Assembly: GCF_013214815.1 (NCBI RefSeq)
Contig: NZ_JABSPU010000001.1
Span: 3,287 to 67,286 of the forward strand
Origin: Gilvibacter sp.
Lineage (GTDB): Bacteria > Bacteroidota > Bacteroidia > Flavobacteriales > Flavobacteriaceae
Direction of reading: 5' to 3'
DNA: 64,000 nt
Notes under the pieces: generated by a model
The model's database searches: none
Told to the model about the DNA's origin: nothing
Seen by the model: the letters and a program-made list of their open reading frames with translations, nothing else
Shown here: positions 1 through 9,097 of the stretch, one piece after another
How positions within the stretch are numbered: the stretch's first letter is position 1
Layout: the number at the start of each line of letters is the position of its first letter
Program-made: the position numbers and the translations under genes

Positions 1-4
1 GGGA

Positions 5-1501
5 TTGACCATTCTAGAGTTTAGCCAGGGGAATATGGCCGCGGCAGATAGTATTAATGATCTGGATCTGGCCAACAGTCTGAAATATCAAGACAGTATG
101 GGCATTGCCTTGGCTTATGACTTTAAAGGGACCATCAATCAGAACAAAGGGTATTATGACATTGCCTTAGCCAATGTGCAAAAAGGCCTGAAGTATTTTG
201 AAGCCCTTGGAGATTCCATCCGTATTGCCGATACCTATACCCACTTGGCCACTTTAGAAAGTAACATTGGCAATACGCAAAAGGCCATAGATTACAATTT
301 GATCGCCTTAAAGGTTTATCAAAAAAAGAACGATGTCTTCTACCAAGCCCAAGCCCTAAACGACATTGGGGTCATGTATAAAATCCTCAAGGAGTACGAT
401 AAAGCCTTGGACTATTTAAACCAAGCGGTTACTATAAGTGAACAGGCCAAAGCCAATGAGGTGATGATCTCTTCCTTTACCACTATTGGTGATGTTTACT
501 TTGAACAAAACCAATTGCAGCGCAGCATCTCCTACTATGAAAAGTCCATAGCCTTGGGTGAAAGTCTAAATTCTAAAAGGAAGGTTGCTTTGGCGCAAAA
601 CAAAATGGCCGGGTCTTATTTAGCCCTGCGCCAACCGAATCAAGCCATGAGTTTGGCAGAGAGTTCCTTGGCCTATTCAGTACCCAACAACACCATCTCC
701 TTCCAAAGAGTATCCCAACGGGTAAAGAGTCAGGCTTACGAGCAACTCGGTAATTACGTCAAGGCTTTAGAGCACCACAAGAACTTTAAGGTTTTAAGTG
801 ATTCTATCATCAATACAGAGACCTCAGACAATATTGAAAACCTGCGGGCGCAGTTTGATCTGGAGAAAAAAGAAGCGCGTTTGACCTTACAGGAACAAGA
901 GATCATTGCTCTAGATGCTCAAGCGGAATCTGATAAGTTGGCCAAATTGCTCTACGGTTTAGGCCTAGCGGCTGCAGTGATCATTGGTCTTTTGGTGATC
1001 TTCGGACTCAGACAGCGCATGCGCAAAAATAAAATCGAACGCGAGAAACAGGAAGCCATACTGCGTCAAGAAATCGAATTTAAAAAGAAGGAACTGGCCA
1101 GTCAGACCTTGCATTTGGTGCAAAAGAGCACCTTTATTCAGGAACTCAAAGAAAACTTAGAGAAGATCAAAAGCTCTCCAGAACTCTTTAAAATTGAATT
1201 CCGAAGGCTGATCTTACTACTCAAAAAAGAACGCGCGGAAGACAAGGATTGGGAAGTCTTTAAATCATACTTCTCTGAAGTACACAACAATTTTGATGAC
1301 AAGATCAAACAGATCAACGATTCCATCACGGAAAAAGAAATGCGCTTGGCTTCCTTTCTTCGGATGCGTCTAAGCACTAAGGAAATTGCTTCTATGCTGA
1401 ATGTATTGCCAGACAGTGTGCTGAAATCCAAGTACCGACTCAAACAAAAATTGGCCTTGGACAAAGAGACTGACCTGGTAGATTTCTTAAACACCCTATA
1501 A
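5..1501 (+). CDS. TPR-repeat protein with one TM helix and C-terminal LuxR/sigma-like HTH (5'-truncated by window edge)
   Basis: TPR-like repeats, hydrophobic helix LLYGLGLAAAVIIGLLVIFGL, coiled coil, C-terminal ITEKEMRLASFLRMRLSTKEIASMLNV...KSKYRLKQKL; frame open to base 2. Confidence 0.8.
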   Translation: MTILEFSQGNMAAADSINDLDLANSLKYQDSMGIALAYDFKGTINQNKGYYDIALANVQKGLKYFEALGDSIRIADTYTHLATLESNIGNTQKAIDYNLIALKVYQKKNDVFYQAQALNDIGVMYKILKEYDKALDYLNQAVTISEQAKANEVMISSFTTIGDVYFEQNQLQRSISYYEKSIALGESLNSKRKVALAQNKMAGSYLALRQPNQAMSLAESSLAYSVPNNTISFQRVSQRVKSQAYEQLGNYVKALEHHKNFKVLSDSIINTETSDNIENLRAQFDLEKKEARLTLQEQEIIALDAQAESDKLAKLLYGLGLAAAVIIGLLVIFGLRQRMRKNKIEREKQEAILRQEIEFKKKELASQTLHLVQKSTFIQELKENLEKIKSSPELFKIEFRRLILLLKKERAEDKDWEVFKSYFSEVHNNFDDKIKQINDSITEKEMRLASFLRMRLSTKEIASMLNVLPDSVLKSKYRLKQKLALDKETDLVDFLNTL

Positions 1502-1505
1502 CGTG

Positions 1506-1541
1506 AAAACCCCCGCTCATAAAGGATTGAGCGGAGGTTTT
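1506..1541. terminator. Probable bidirectional intrinsic terminator between convergent genes
   Basis: AAAACCCCCGCTCA-taaaggat-TGAGCGGAGGTTTT; 14-bp stem with one mismatch (G.U on minus strand). Confidence 0.75.
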
Positions 1542-1580
1542 GCATCAACTAACTAAACAATTAACTGTGGAAATGAAACA

Positions 1581-3092
1581 CTACTCTCCCTGACCTAGTG
1601 AGAATCCGCGTGTACCATCGAATTCATATAGGTTCTCTGTTTTGATAACATCAAAACCTTGGGCGTGCAGTTTAGACAAGAGCGCTACCACTTGCTCATA
1701 GTCTACCGGTTGATACACTGGAGTTCCATCAGTTGTGGCATCCATGGCCACAAAACGGCATCTCCAGTGATCAGTTTTATAAGTCTCTTTCAACCCTTTA
1801 GGGTATACTTTTACCCCGCGGTTAGTGATCATTTTTAATTTGAGCTTGAAGGCATCAATGGCCGCCAAAGCATCGCCGATCTGGTTGGGGTCCTCTCCTT
1901 TCCAATCGATGAAAACATCAACACCAACCAATTCCTTTTTACGAGTCTTGCGCACATACTCAGGAATTTGAATGGTTCCAGCTCCTTCAGAAAGCTTGCT
2001 CACTTTTAAAGATTTTGGTGTTTCTCCCAATCTGGCGATCACAGCTTCAGCAAATTCACTGGTGTTAACCAAACGCGCTGAAGTTCCTTCGTTGTAAATA
2101 TCTGCAGTGTGAATTCCGGCTTCAATAGTAGCCAAGAGTGCGTTCTTTATGTTATCGGCAACTTCGGTTTGACCCAGGTGCGCGAGCATAAGCACCGCAC
2201 CGTTGATCAAGCCTGATGGGTTAGCAATTTTCTTCCCTGCGATATCTGGTGCAGAACCGTGAATGGCTTCAAACATGGCTACCGCGGTCCCAACGTTAGC
2301 AGATCCTGCCATTCCAACAGAACCAGCGATCTCCGCAGCGATATCAGAAATGATATCTCCGTAAAGGTTGGCTGTCACAATTACGTCATACTGCTCCGGA
2401 CGTGCTGCCAAACGTGCAGATCCGATATCAATGATCTGCGAATTGCTTTCAATCTGAGGGTACTCCTCAGCGATCTCTTTAAATACCCGGTGGAACAAAC
2501 CGTCTGTCAACTTCATGATATTGTCTTTGACCATACAGGTCACTTTTTTGCGACCGTATGCCTTAGCGTACTCAAAAGCGTATCGAATGATGCGCTCACA
2601 ACCCGGACGGGTGATCAGTTTTAAACACTGTACCACATCATCGGTTTGTTGGTGCTCTATACCTGCGTAAAGGTCTTCTTCATTCTCACGAATGATCATC
2701 ACATCCATCTCCGGATAAGGTGTATGTATATAGGGGTGTAAGGCAGTCACGGGACGCACATTGGCGAAAAGGCCCAAAGATTTTCTCAATGTCACATTGA
2801 GACTCTTGTAACCTTTACCCTGTGGCGTAGTGATGGGTGCCTTAAGGATGATCTTATTGTTTTTGATAGCTGCCCAAGCTTGAGGGGAAATTCCCGAAGT
2901 ATTCCCAGACAGATATTGCTGCTCTCCGATCTCAATGAAATCCACATCGATCTGGGCTCCGGCGGCCTCCATGATCTTTAATGTCGCATCCATGATCTCT
3001 GGCCCAATGCCGTCTCCCTTAGCGACTGCAACCCGTGTACGAGTAGTTGTTTGAAGGGCAATACTGTTCTTATTTAGCAATTGATTTTGCAT
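1581..3092 (-). CDS. icd: NADP-dependent isocitrate dehydrogenase (homodimeric family, C-terminally extended form)
   Basis: GDGIGPEI, KSLNVTLRK, NLYGDIISD, HGSAPDIAG motifs; extension ...MITNRGVKVYP...DHWRCRF. Confidence 0.9.
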   Translation of the reverse strand: MQNQLLNKNSIALQTTTRTRVAVAKGDGIGPEIMDATLKIMEAAGAQIDVDFIEIGEQQYLSGNTSGISPQAWAAIKNNKIILKAPITTPQGKGYKSLNVTLRKSLGLFANVRPVTALHPYIHTPYPEMDVMIIRENEEDLYAGIEHQQTDDVVQCLKLITRPGCERIIRYAFEYAKAYGRKKVTCMVKDNIMKLTDGLFHRVFKEIAEEYPQIESNSQIIDIGSARLAARPEQYDVIVTANLYGDIISDIAAEIAGSVGMAGSANVGTAVAMFEAIHGSAPDIAGKKIANPSGLINGAVLMLAHLGQTEVADNIKNALLATIEAGIHTADIYNEGTSARLVNTSEFAEAVIARLGETPKSLKVSKLSEGAGTIQIPEYVRKTRKKELVGVDVFIDWKGEDPNQIGDALAAIDAFKLKLKMITNRGVKVYPKGLKETYKTDHWRCRFVAMDATTDGTPVYQPVDYEQVVALLSKLHAQGFDVIKTENLYEFDGTRGFSLGQGE

Positions 3093-3112
3093 AGTTGTTC
3101 ATTTGATTTATG

Positions 3113-3233
3113 CAAAGTTGAGAAATGATTTTCATTTATTTTTATTTATGTTTTTTGTGAGATGAATAAGTGATGTTTATGTTTATTGAACGACTTAAAT
3201 TCCGCTTCGATCACAAAATTTAAAGTATCTTTA
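3113..3233. promoter_or_regulatory. Divergent icd/dps promoters with central ATAA-N7-TTAT dyad
   Basis: -7-like CAACTTTG (minus, 3120-3113) and TATCTTTA (plus, 3226-3233); dyad ATAAGTGATGTTTAT at 3166-3180. Confidence 0.55.
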
Positions 3234-3252
3234 AGTCAATAATTACACTACT

Positions 3253-3726
3253 ATGAAAACCACGCGCATAGGCTTAAACAGAGCTGCATCAGAAGAAACC
3301 GCTAATAAACTCAACGAACTTTTGGCCAACTATCAGGTCTTCTACATGAACTCCCGCGGGTTTCATTGGAACATTAAAGGCGATAAGTTTTTTGAGTTAC
3401 ACCTCAAATTTGAAGAACTCTACAACGATTCGTTGATCAAGATCGACGAGATCGCGGAACGCATCCTCACCTTAGGCTTTGCCCCTTTGCATACCTATAC
3501 AGATTTTCTAAAGGTGGCAAAGATTCCGGAAGCTAAAAGTGTTTCAGACGGTGCTGAGGCGCTTAAAGCAGTGCTGGCAGGCTATGAGGTTTTACTTCCG
3601 TTAGAACGTGAACTACTAAGCATGTCAGGAGATTCAGAAGATGAAGGAACCAATGCTTTAATGAGCGATTATATCCGCGAACAGGAAAAACTGGTTTGGA
3701 TGTATTCAGCCTACTTAAATCAATAA
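3253..3726 (+). CDS. dps: Dps DNA-protection/ferritin-like protein
   Basis: HWNIKG.KFFELHLKFEELY...IDEIAERI signature; 157 aa. Confidence 0.93.
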   Translation: MKTTRIGLNRAASEETANKLNELLANYQVFYMNSRGFHWNIKGDKFFELHLKFEELYNDSLIKIDEIAERILTLGFAPLHTYTDFLKVAKIPEAKSVSDGAEALKAVLAGYEVLLPLERELLSMSGDSEDEGTNALMSDYIREQEKLVWMYSAYLNQ

Positions 3727-3729
3727 GTC

Positions 3730-4197
3730 GTGGGGAATCCTATTGCTAAAAATCTGGCCAACCAGATCCGTCAAGTACATACTGGTGGTAATTGGACTGC
3801 TGTAAATATCAAAGACACCCTTGCGGACGTTGATCTTGCCCTAGCACTTCAAGAAAAGGAAGGGTACAATACTATTGCCACTTTGGTGTTTCATATCAAT
3901 TACTTCTACGAGGTGGTGATACCTGTAATGAAAGGAGGTCCACTCAACGGTAAGGATGCTTTGAGTTTTGATCATCCACCATTGAATACAGAAGTCGAAT
4001 GGCAAGCTATGATCCAGAATTCTTTGCAGCAGGGAGAAACCTTGGCAGCGCTTATGGAAGAATTCCCTGATGAAAAACTGGGTGCCGATTTTGTCGATCC
4101 CAAATACGGAACGTATTACCGCAACTTTTCAGGATTAGTAGAGCATACCCATTATCATTTGGGGCAGATCGTCATGCTTAAAAAGATGCTTGCTTAG
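3730..4197 (+). CDS. DinB/YfiT-like four-helix-bundle protein
   Basis: NTIATLVFHINY and EHTHYHLGQI metal-binding His pattern; 3 nt after dps stop. Confidence 0.75.
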   Translation: MGNPIAKNLANQIRQVHTGGNWTAVNIKDTLADVDLALALQEKEGYNTIATLVFHINYFYEVVIPVMKGGPLNGKDALSFDHPPLNTEVEWQAMIQNSLQQGETLAALMEEFPDEKLGADFVDPKYGTYYRNFSGLVEHTHYHLGQIVMLKKMLA

Positions 4198-4198
4198 T

Positions 4199-4711
4199 AT
4201 GCGTTTGATCAAATTTGTCACCGTAGCACTTTTAGCTATAGTATTGCTGAGTTGCGGGGAAGAAGGCCCTGTAAAACTGAGCCTACCCGCTAATGCGGAT
4301 GCTCTTATCGCAGGAGATTCTGCCAAAACCTGGATGCTGGCCAGTCGCTATAACGGCGGACACCGAATGAATATGGGAGATTGTTTTCTACGTTATAGAA
4401 TTACCTATAGACGCGATAGCCTGTTTAGTGACAACAACGGCAGCAGTAGCAGTTGTGGCCCCACCCTGAAAGGGCGTTGGAAAGCCTTTCAAAATGATAA
4501 CGGCAGTTTTGTAAAATGGGAAAGCGTGCAATTACCCGAACTGATGGGAATTGAAGAAGACTATAAATACTTCAGGATTATCACCCTCAATCCCGATTCC
4601 TTGGTAATTTCTTACAAGCACAAGCAGTTTGGAAATAAGGAGCGAACCATCGTAGACTATATGGTTCCTGAGGGGACAGCGGTTAAGGATCGTGACTTTC
4701 ACAACCGCTAA
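4199..4711 (+). CDS. Hypothetical lipoprotein, lipocalin-like
   Basis: Lipobox LLSC after hydrophobic stretch; KTWMLAS and G.W motifs; ATG 4199 preferred over track start 4190. Confidence 0.55.
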   Translation: MRLIKFVTVALLAIVLLSCGEEGPVKLSLPANADALIAGDSAKTWMLASRYNGGHRMNMGDCFLRYRITYRRDSLFSDNNGSSSSCGPTLKGRWKAFQNDNGSFVKWESVQLPELMGIEEDYKYFRIITLNPDSLVISYKHKQFGNKERTIVDYMVPEGTAVKDRDFHNR

Positions 4712-4857
4712 TGCAAATTGCTGATTTTTAGTATATTTAAATCGCTAACTAACCAAAACTCACTCATATCTGGCTGTTGCCAGGTGTTCCCCCAAACTTT
4801 GTTATTTCAAAATGATCGCGCTTCGGTTGTTTGGCAATATAGACTAATCAAACAATT

Positions 4858-5895
4858 ATGAATTTGAAGAAATCATTTCTTCTAGCTGTTTCTTTGGCCT
4901 TGATCTTTCTTGCCGCCTGGGAGATATACCTTAGAAGCACCATGAAAAGTGTCATGGTGATTGACGATAATCAGGACTTGTGGGCGGTGCAACGCCACAG
5001 AGTTCAAGACCTCACTCAAGACGATGTAATTCTCACAGGCTCTTCCAGAGTACTTTTTAATGTTCAACTAGACGTTTGGGAACAAAAAATAGGGCGCCGA
5101 CCCTTGCAATTGGCCAATGTAGGCTCCTCCCCACTTCCCGTGTTCCACGATTTGGTAAACAATACAGATTTCAATGGTACCATACTGGTTGGAGTATCTC
5201 CGGGCTTGTTCTTCTCGACAACCTTCCCTAAAGCCATGCCTTGGGAATGGCCGCAATCACGGGTAGATCATTACCACAAGAGAACCTATGCGCAACGCAG
5301 TAATCACTGGTTATCCATGCCGCTTCAAAAGTCGTTCTATTTTATCTCTGCGGAAGAAGAAAGTGGTGATGACAGTGTCGATCTCAAGGCCATTGTAGAT
5401 CGTCAAACTTGGGGGACTCGCGCCATAGACAGCTTCCCCACAACTGGAAATTTTGGAGACATAGAAGCCGATAGAAATTTGCGAATGACCCAGCTTTGCG
5501 CTACAGACACGGCTAACGCTAGAACCATTAAGAACTTTTGGGCAGCCATAATGAAAGGGGACGCTACTCGTCCGCCGGATATCAATGGAACCACAAACTT
5601 CTTTTTAAAAGATCTTGAGAAATTCACCGCTCGCGGTGGAAAGGTAATCTTATTGAGATCTCCTTCTACAGGTCCAGTTAGGTTGCAAGAAAACGAACGC
5701 CTACCCAGAACTATCGCCTGGGATTCTTTGGTCATCAAAACCAAAGCACCGGGGTATCACTTTGAGGATTATCCCGCGCTCAGTGGCTTTGACTGCCCAG
5801 AATGGTCGCATTTAAGTGGGCCAGACGCCGATATATTCACCGCAGCCTTAGTAGATCAAATGATCGCTGACGGCGTATTACAAACCAATAAATAA
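4858..5895 (+). CDS. Membrane-anchored SGNH/DltD/AlgJ-like protein, probable partner of the MBOAT
   Basis: N-terminal TM anchor, ILTGSSR block-I-like Ser motif, C-terminal EWSHL; 6 nt upstream of MBOAT. Confidence 0.55.
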   Translation: MNLKKSFLLAVSLALIFLAAWEIYLRSTMKSVMVIDDNQDLWAVQRHRVQDLTQDDVILTGSSRVLFNVQLDVWEQKIGRRPLQLANVGSSPLPVFHDLVNNTDFNGTILVGVSPGLFFSTTFPKAMPWEWPQSRVDHYHKRTYAQRSNHWLSMPLQKSFYFISAEEESGDDSVDLKAIVDRQTWGTRAIDSFPTTGNFGDIEADRNLRMTQLCATDTANARTIKNFWAAIMKGDATRPPDINGTTNFFLKDLEKFTARGGKVILLRSPSTGPVRLQENERLPRTIAWDSLVIKTKAPGYHFEDYPALSGFDCPEWSHLSGPDADIFTAALVDQMIADGVLQTNK

Positions 5896-5901
5896 ACAGC
5901 C

Positions 5902-7320
5902 ATGTTATTCAACTCACTGACTTTCTTTGTGTTCCTGGCTGTGGTATTGGCCTTGTATTATTCGAACTTTTTAAACTGGACCAACAAAAAGCGCATGTTG
6001 CTTTTGGCCAGTTATGTCTTTTACGGATTCTGGAATCCTCCCTTGGTTATCCTTTTGTGGATCTCTACAGTTGTGGATTGGACCGCTGCCAAACAACTCT
6101 TTAAACCCAACATGGCAGCCGGCAAGCGCAAAGCCTGGCTGATGCTGAGCTTGTGCGTAAACCTGGGCTTTCTGGCATTCTTTAAATACGGAGATTTCCT
6201 TTTAGAGAACTTTGTGAGTTTGGTCAATGCCCTAGGAATGGAGTTTCAGGCGCAGCCCATGGACATCATTCTACCTATGGGAATATCTTTTTATACGTTT
6301 CAGACCATGTCGTATACCATAGACGTATATAAAAGGGATACAGAACCCGCCAGAACTTTTTTAGACTTTGCGCTCTACGTGACTTTCTTCCCGCAGCTGG
6401 TGGCAGGACCCATTGTACGAGCTAAAAACTTGATAACTCAATTCTATGAAGAAAAACGCGCCACCGCAGAGCAGTTCTATTGGGGCGGCTTTTTATTGAC
6501 CTTGGGCTTGTTTCAAAAAGTGGTATTGGCAGACAGCTTGCTGTCTGGCACGGCAGATTATGTCTTTGAGCAAAAGGAACTTTTGACCACCATAGATGCT
6601 TGGGCAGGAACCTTAGCATTCTCCGGACAGATCTTCTTTGACTTTGCTGGTTATTCCACCTGTGCCATAGGTATCGCCTTGATGTTGGGAATCATTTTGC
6701 CCGATAACTTCCGATATCCCTACGCCTCAATTGGGTTTTCCGATCTGTGGAGACGCTGGCACATCTCACTCTCGAGTTGGCTTAGAGATTATTTATACAT
6801 TCCTTTAGGCGGCAACAGACACGGAATCACACGCATGTACGTAGCCTTAATGCTCACCATGCTCTTAGGAGGCCTCTGGCACGGAGCCGCCTGGACCTTT
6901 GTGATTTGGGGAGCACTCCACGGGCTGTATTTGGTCATAGAACGCATCCTCAAAAAATTTATATCCATTAAGATCAACACTGCTACTGGCATTGCGCTGG
7001 CACTACTCACCTATTTCTGCGTAAATATTAGTTGGGTGTTCTTTAGGGCGAGGGAATTCAGTACTGCAAAACAGTTATTGGCCTCCATGTTCTTTATGGA
7101 TGCCGAAGGAAAAGAGCTGCTGAATTACTTTGAGATCTTTAAAGTGGGAATGGTCATACTAGGCCTTTTTGTTTGTCATTGGATCATGAGAAACAGCAGC
7201 GTTAAGGAGATGGCAAGCAAGCAGAATCCTTACGTTTTAGGGATATTTTGGGCCGTAATGGTGTTTCTGATCTGTATCGCTCAAGGAACTGGCGAGCAGT
7301 TTATTTACTTCCAATTCTAA
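5902..7320 (+). CDS. MBOAT family O-acyltransferase (AlgI/PatA/DltB-like)
   Basis: LPMGISFYTFQ, FFPQLVAGPIVRA, WRRWHISLSSWLRDYLYIPLGG, GLWHGA motifs. Confidence 0.92.
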   Translation: MLFNSLTFFVFLAVVLALYYSNFLNWTNKKRMLLLASYVFYGFWNPPLVILLWISTVVDWTAAKQLFKPNMAAGKRKAWLMLSLCVNLGFLAFFKYGDFLLENFVSLVNALGMEFQAQPMDIILPMGISFYTFQTMSYTIDVYKRDTEPARTFLDFALYVTFFPQLVAGPIVRAKNLITQFYEEKRATAEQFYWGGFLLTLGLFQKVVLADSLLSGTADYVFEQKELLTTIDAWAGTLAFSGQIFFDFAGYSTCAIGIALMLGIILPDNFRYPYASIGFSDLWRRWHISLSSWLRDYLYIPLGGNRHGITRMYVALMLTMLLGGLWHGAAWTFVIWGALHGLYLVIERILKKFISIKINTATGIALALLTYFCVNISWVFFRAREFSTAKQLLASMFFMDAEGKELLNYFEIFKVGMVILGLFVCHWIMRNSSVKEMASKQNPYVLGIFWAVMVFLICIAQGTGEQFIYFQF

Positions 7321-7934
7321 ATCTCTAGACTTCCCTTACCTTCTCGAATGAGCTCGGGCTCTCCAGAGGTCAGATCTATAATGGTACTGGCCACGTTGCC
7401 TCCGTAGCCACCATCAATAACCAGATCTACTTGGTCCTGCCACTTTTCATAAATGAGTTCCGGATCTGTAGTGTATTCAATGATCTCGTCTTCATCGCGA
7501 ATAGAAGTTGAAATTATGGGATTGCCCAATTGATCGATCAGCGCCTGCGCTATCGAGTTATCAGGCACCCGAATCCCCACCTCTTTCTTTTTCTTGAAGG
7601 CAGACGGTAAATTGTTACCCGCAGGCAAGATAAAAGTGTATGGACCAGGTAACGCGCGTTTGAGTAATTTAAACGTACTGGTATCGATCTGCTTGACAAA
7701 ATCAGAAAGGTGCGATAGGTCCTTGCACACAAAAGAGAAATTGGCTTTTTCCAGTTTAACTCCTTTTATTCGAGCCACCTTTTCTAAGGCCGACTTATTA
7801 TTTATATCACACCCCAAGGCGTAAACGGTATCCGACGGGTAGATCACCAAACCGCCCTGACGTATAATATCTACTGCTTGAGCGACATGCTTGGGGTTTG
7901 GATTTTCTGGATATATCTTTAAAAAAGTGGCCAT
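7317..7934 (-). CDS. Sua5/YciO/YrdC family protein
   Basis: YPSDTVYALGCD, LPGPYTFIL, VGIRVPD, STIIDL. Confidence 0.9.
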   Translation of the reverse strand: MATFLKIYPENPNPKHVAQAVDIIRQGGLVIYPSDTVYALGCDINNKSALEKVARIKGVKLEKANFSFVCKDLSHLSDFVKQIDTSTFKLLKRALPGPYTFILPAGNNLPSAFKKKKEVGIRVPDNSIAQALIDQLGNPIISTSIRDEDEIIEYTTDPELIYEKWQDQVDLVIDGGYGGNVASTIIDLTSGEPELIREGKGSLEI

Positions 7935-8003
7935 TTTATTAGTCTTGAATTAAAGTTACAGCAAAAAAAATCAGCAGCCAACTAAAAAAAATCTTAATAA
8001 AAG

Positions 8004-8030
8004 TGTAATAAATTCTTAAATCGGGCGTCT
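8004..8030 (+). promoter_or_regulatory. Candidate ECF-sigma promoter
   Basis: TGTAAT-N16-CGTCT, 44 nt before the ATG at 8075. Confidence 0.5.
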
Positions 8031-8074
8031 TTTATTAAACAGTCAGAATTTAATTCGCCTCCTGTATAGAAAAA

Positions 8075-8974
8075 ATGCGCTTGAAAAACTACATACCCTT
8101 TCTTTTAGCCCTATTGCTTTTATGGGCGTGTTCTTCTGATGAACAAACCAATGATACCAGCACAGATGACGAAGTAACCATTGAGCTTCCTCTAGAAGCT
8201 TCTGTGCAGCTGGAAGTGAGTTATGGTGCAGATCCCTTACAGCGATACGATCTGTATCTACCTGCCGGACGAACTGCGCTAACCACTAAAGTGATCGTTT
8301 TAGTGCACGGTGGCGGTTGGGTTTCTGGTGATAAGGAGGATATGACTCCCTTTATTGATCTCATTCAAACTGAACTTCCCCAATACGCCATTGTCAATTT
8401 AAATTATAAACTGGCGGATCTAGAGAATCCGGCCTTCCCGAATCAATTTTTAGATGTTAAGGCAGCTTTAGCACAGATCAAAGCACAAGCCAATGAGCTG
8501 CAAATAGTGCCTGAGTTTGCTTTGATAGGTACCAGCGCTGGTGCTCATCTATCCTTAATGATGGATTATGTCTATGATGATGAAGATTGGGTAAAGATGG
8601 TCTGCAGTATAGTTGGTCCAACAGATTTTACCGATCCGTTCTACAGCGAAAATCCAGAATACCAAATACTCTTTGATTTCTTAGTAGATGAATCTGCTTA
8701 TGCTGCGGATACGGATTACGCAGTTGCCACGTCTCCAGTGTTTCAAGTGAACGCAAGCAGCGCACCAACCATTATGTTCTATGGAAATGAAGATCCACTG
8801 GTTCCTATAAGTAATGGAACCAATTTAGAAGCTGCATTAGCTGATGCCAGTATTTCTCACAGCTTCACTATTTACGATGGAGGACACGGAGATGACTGGA
8901 GTCCAGAGAATTATGAGAATCTACAGCAGCAATTGGTCGCATACATACTGGAACACCTTCCGGTAATTCCGTAA
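8075..8974 (+). CDS. Alpha/beta hydrolase (HSL-like esterase) lipoprotein
   Basis: Lipobox WAC, HGGGW oxyanion motif, GTSAG nucleophile elbow, D-P-L-V and GGHG. Confidence 0.85.
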   Translation: MRLKNYIPFLLALLLLWACSSDEQTNDTSTDDEVTIELPLEASVQLEVSYGADPLQRYDLYLPAGRTALTTKVIVLVHGGGWVSGDKEDMTPFIDLIQTELPQYAIVNLNYKLADLENPAFPNQFLDVKAALAQIKAQANELQIVPEFALIGTSAGAHLSLMMDYVYDDEDWVKMVCSIVGPTDFTDPFYSENPEYQILFDFLVDESAYAADTDYAVATSPVFQVNASSAPTIMFYGNEDPLVPISNGTNLEAALADASISHSFTIYDGGHGDDWSPENYENLQQQLVAYILEHLPVIP

Positions 8975-9097
8975 TATTTTAACGCATTTTTGTTAAAATG
9001 TTAATATTTTATGCATTTTACCGATTTAATATGCATTTAAACGTCTTTATGTAGGAATAATACTATTTTAGATCTACCTAATCTAAAGAACCTACAT

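Noticed and set aside
9020-9046. CGTCT upstream of the second esterase as a fourth ECF promoter
   Set aside because: The hexamer 16 nt upstream is ACCGAT, not TGTAAY.
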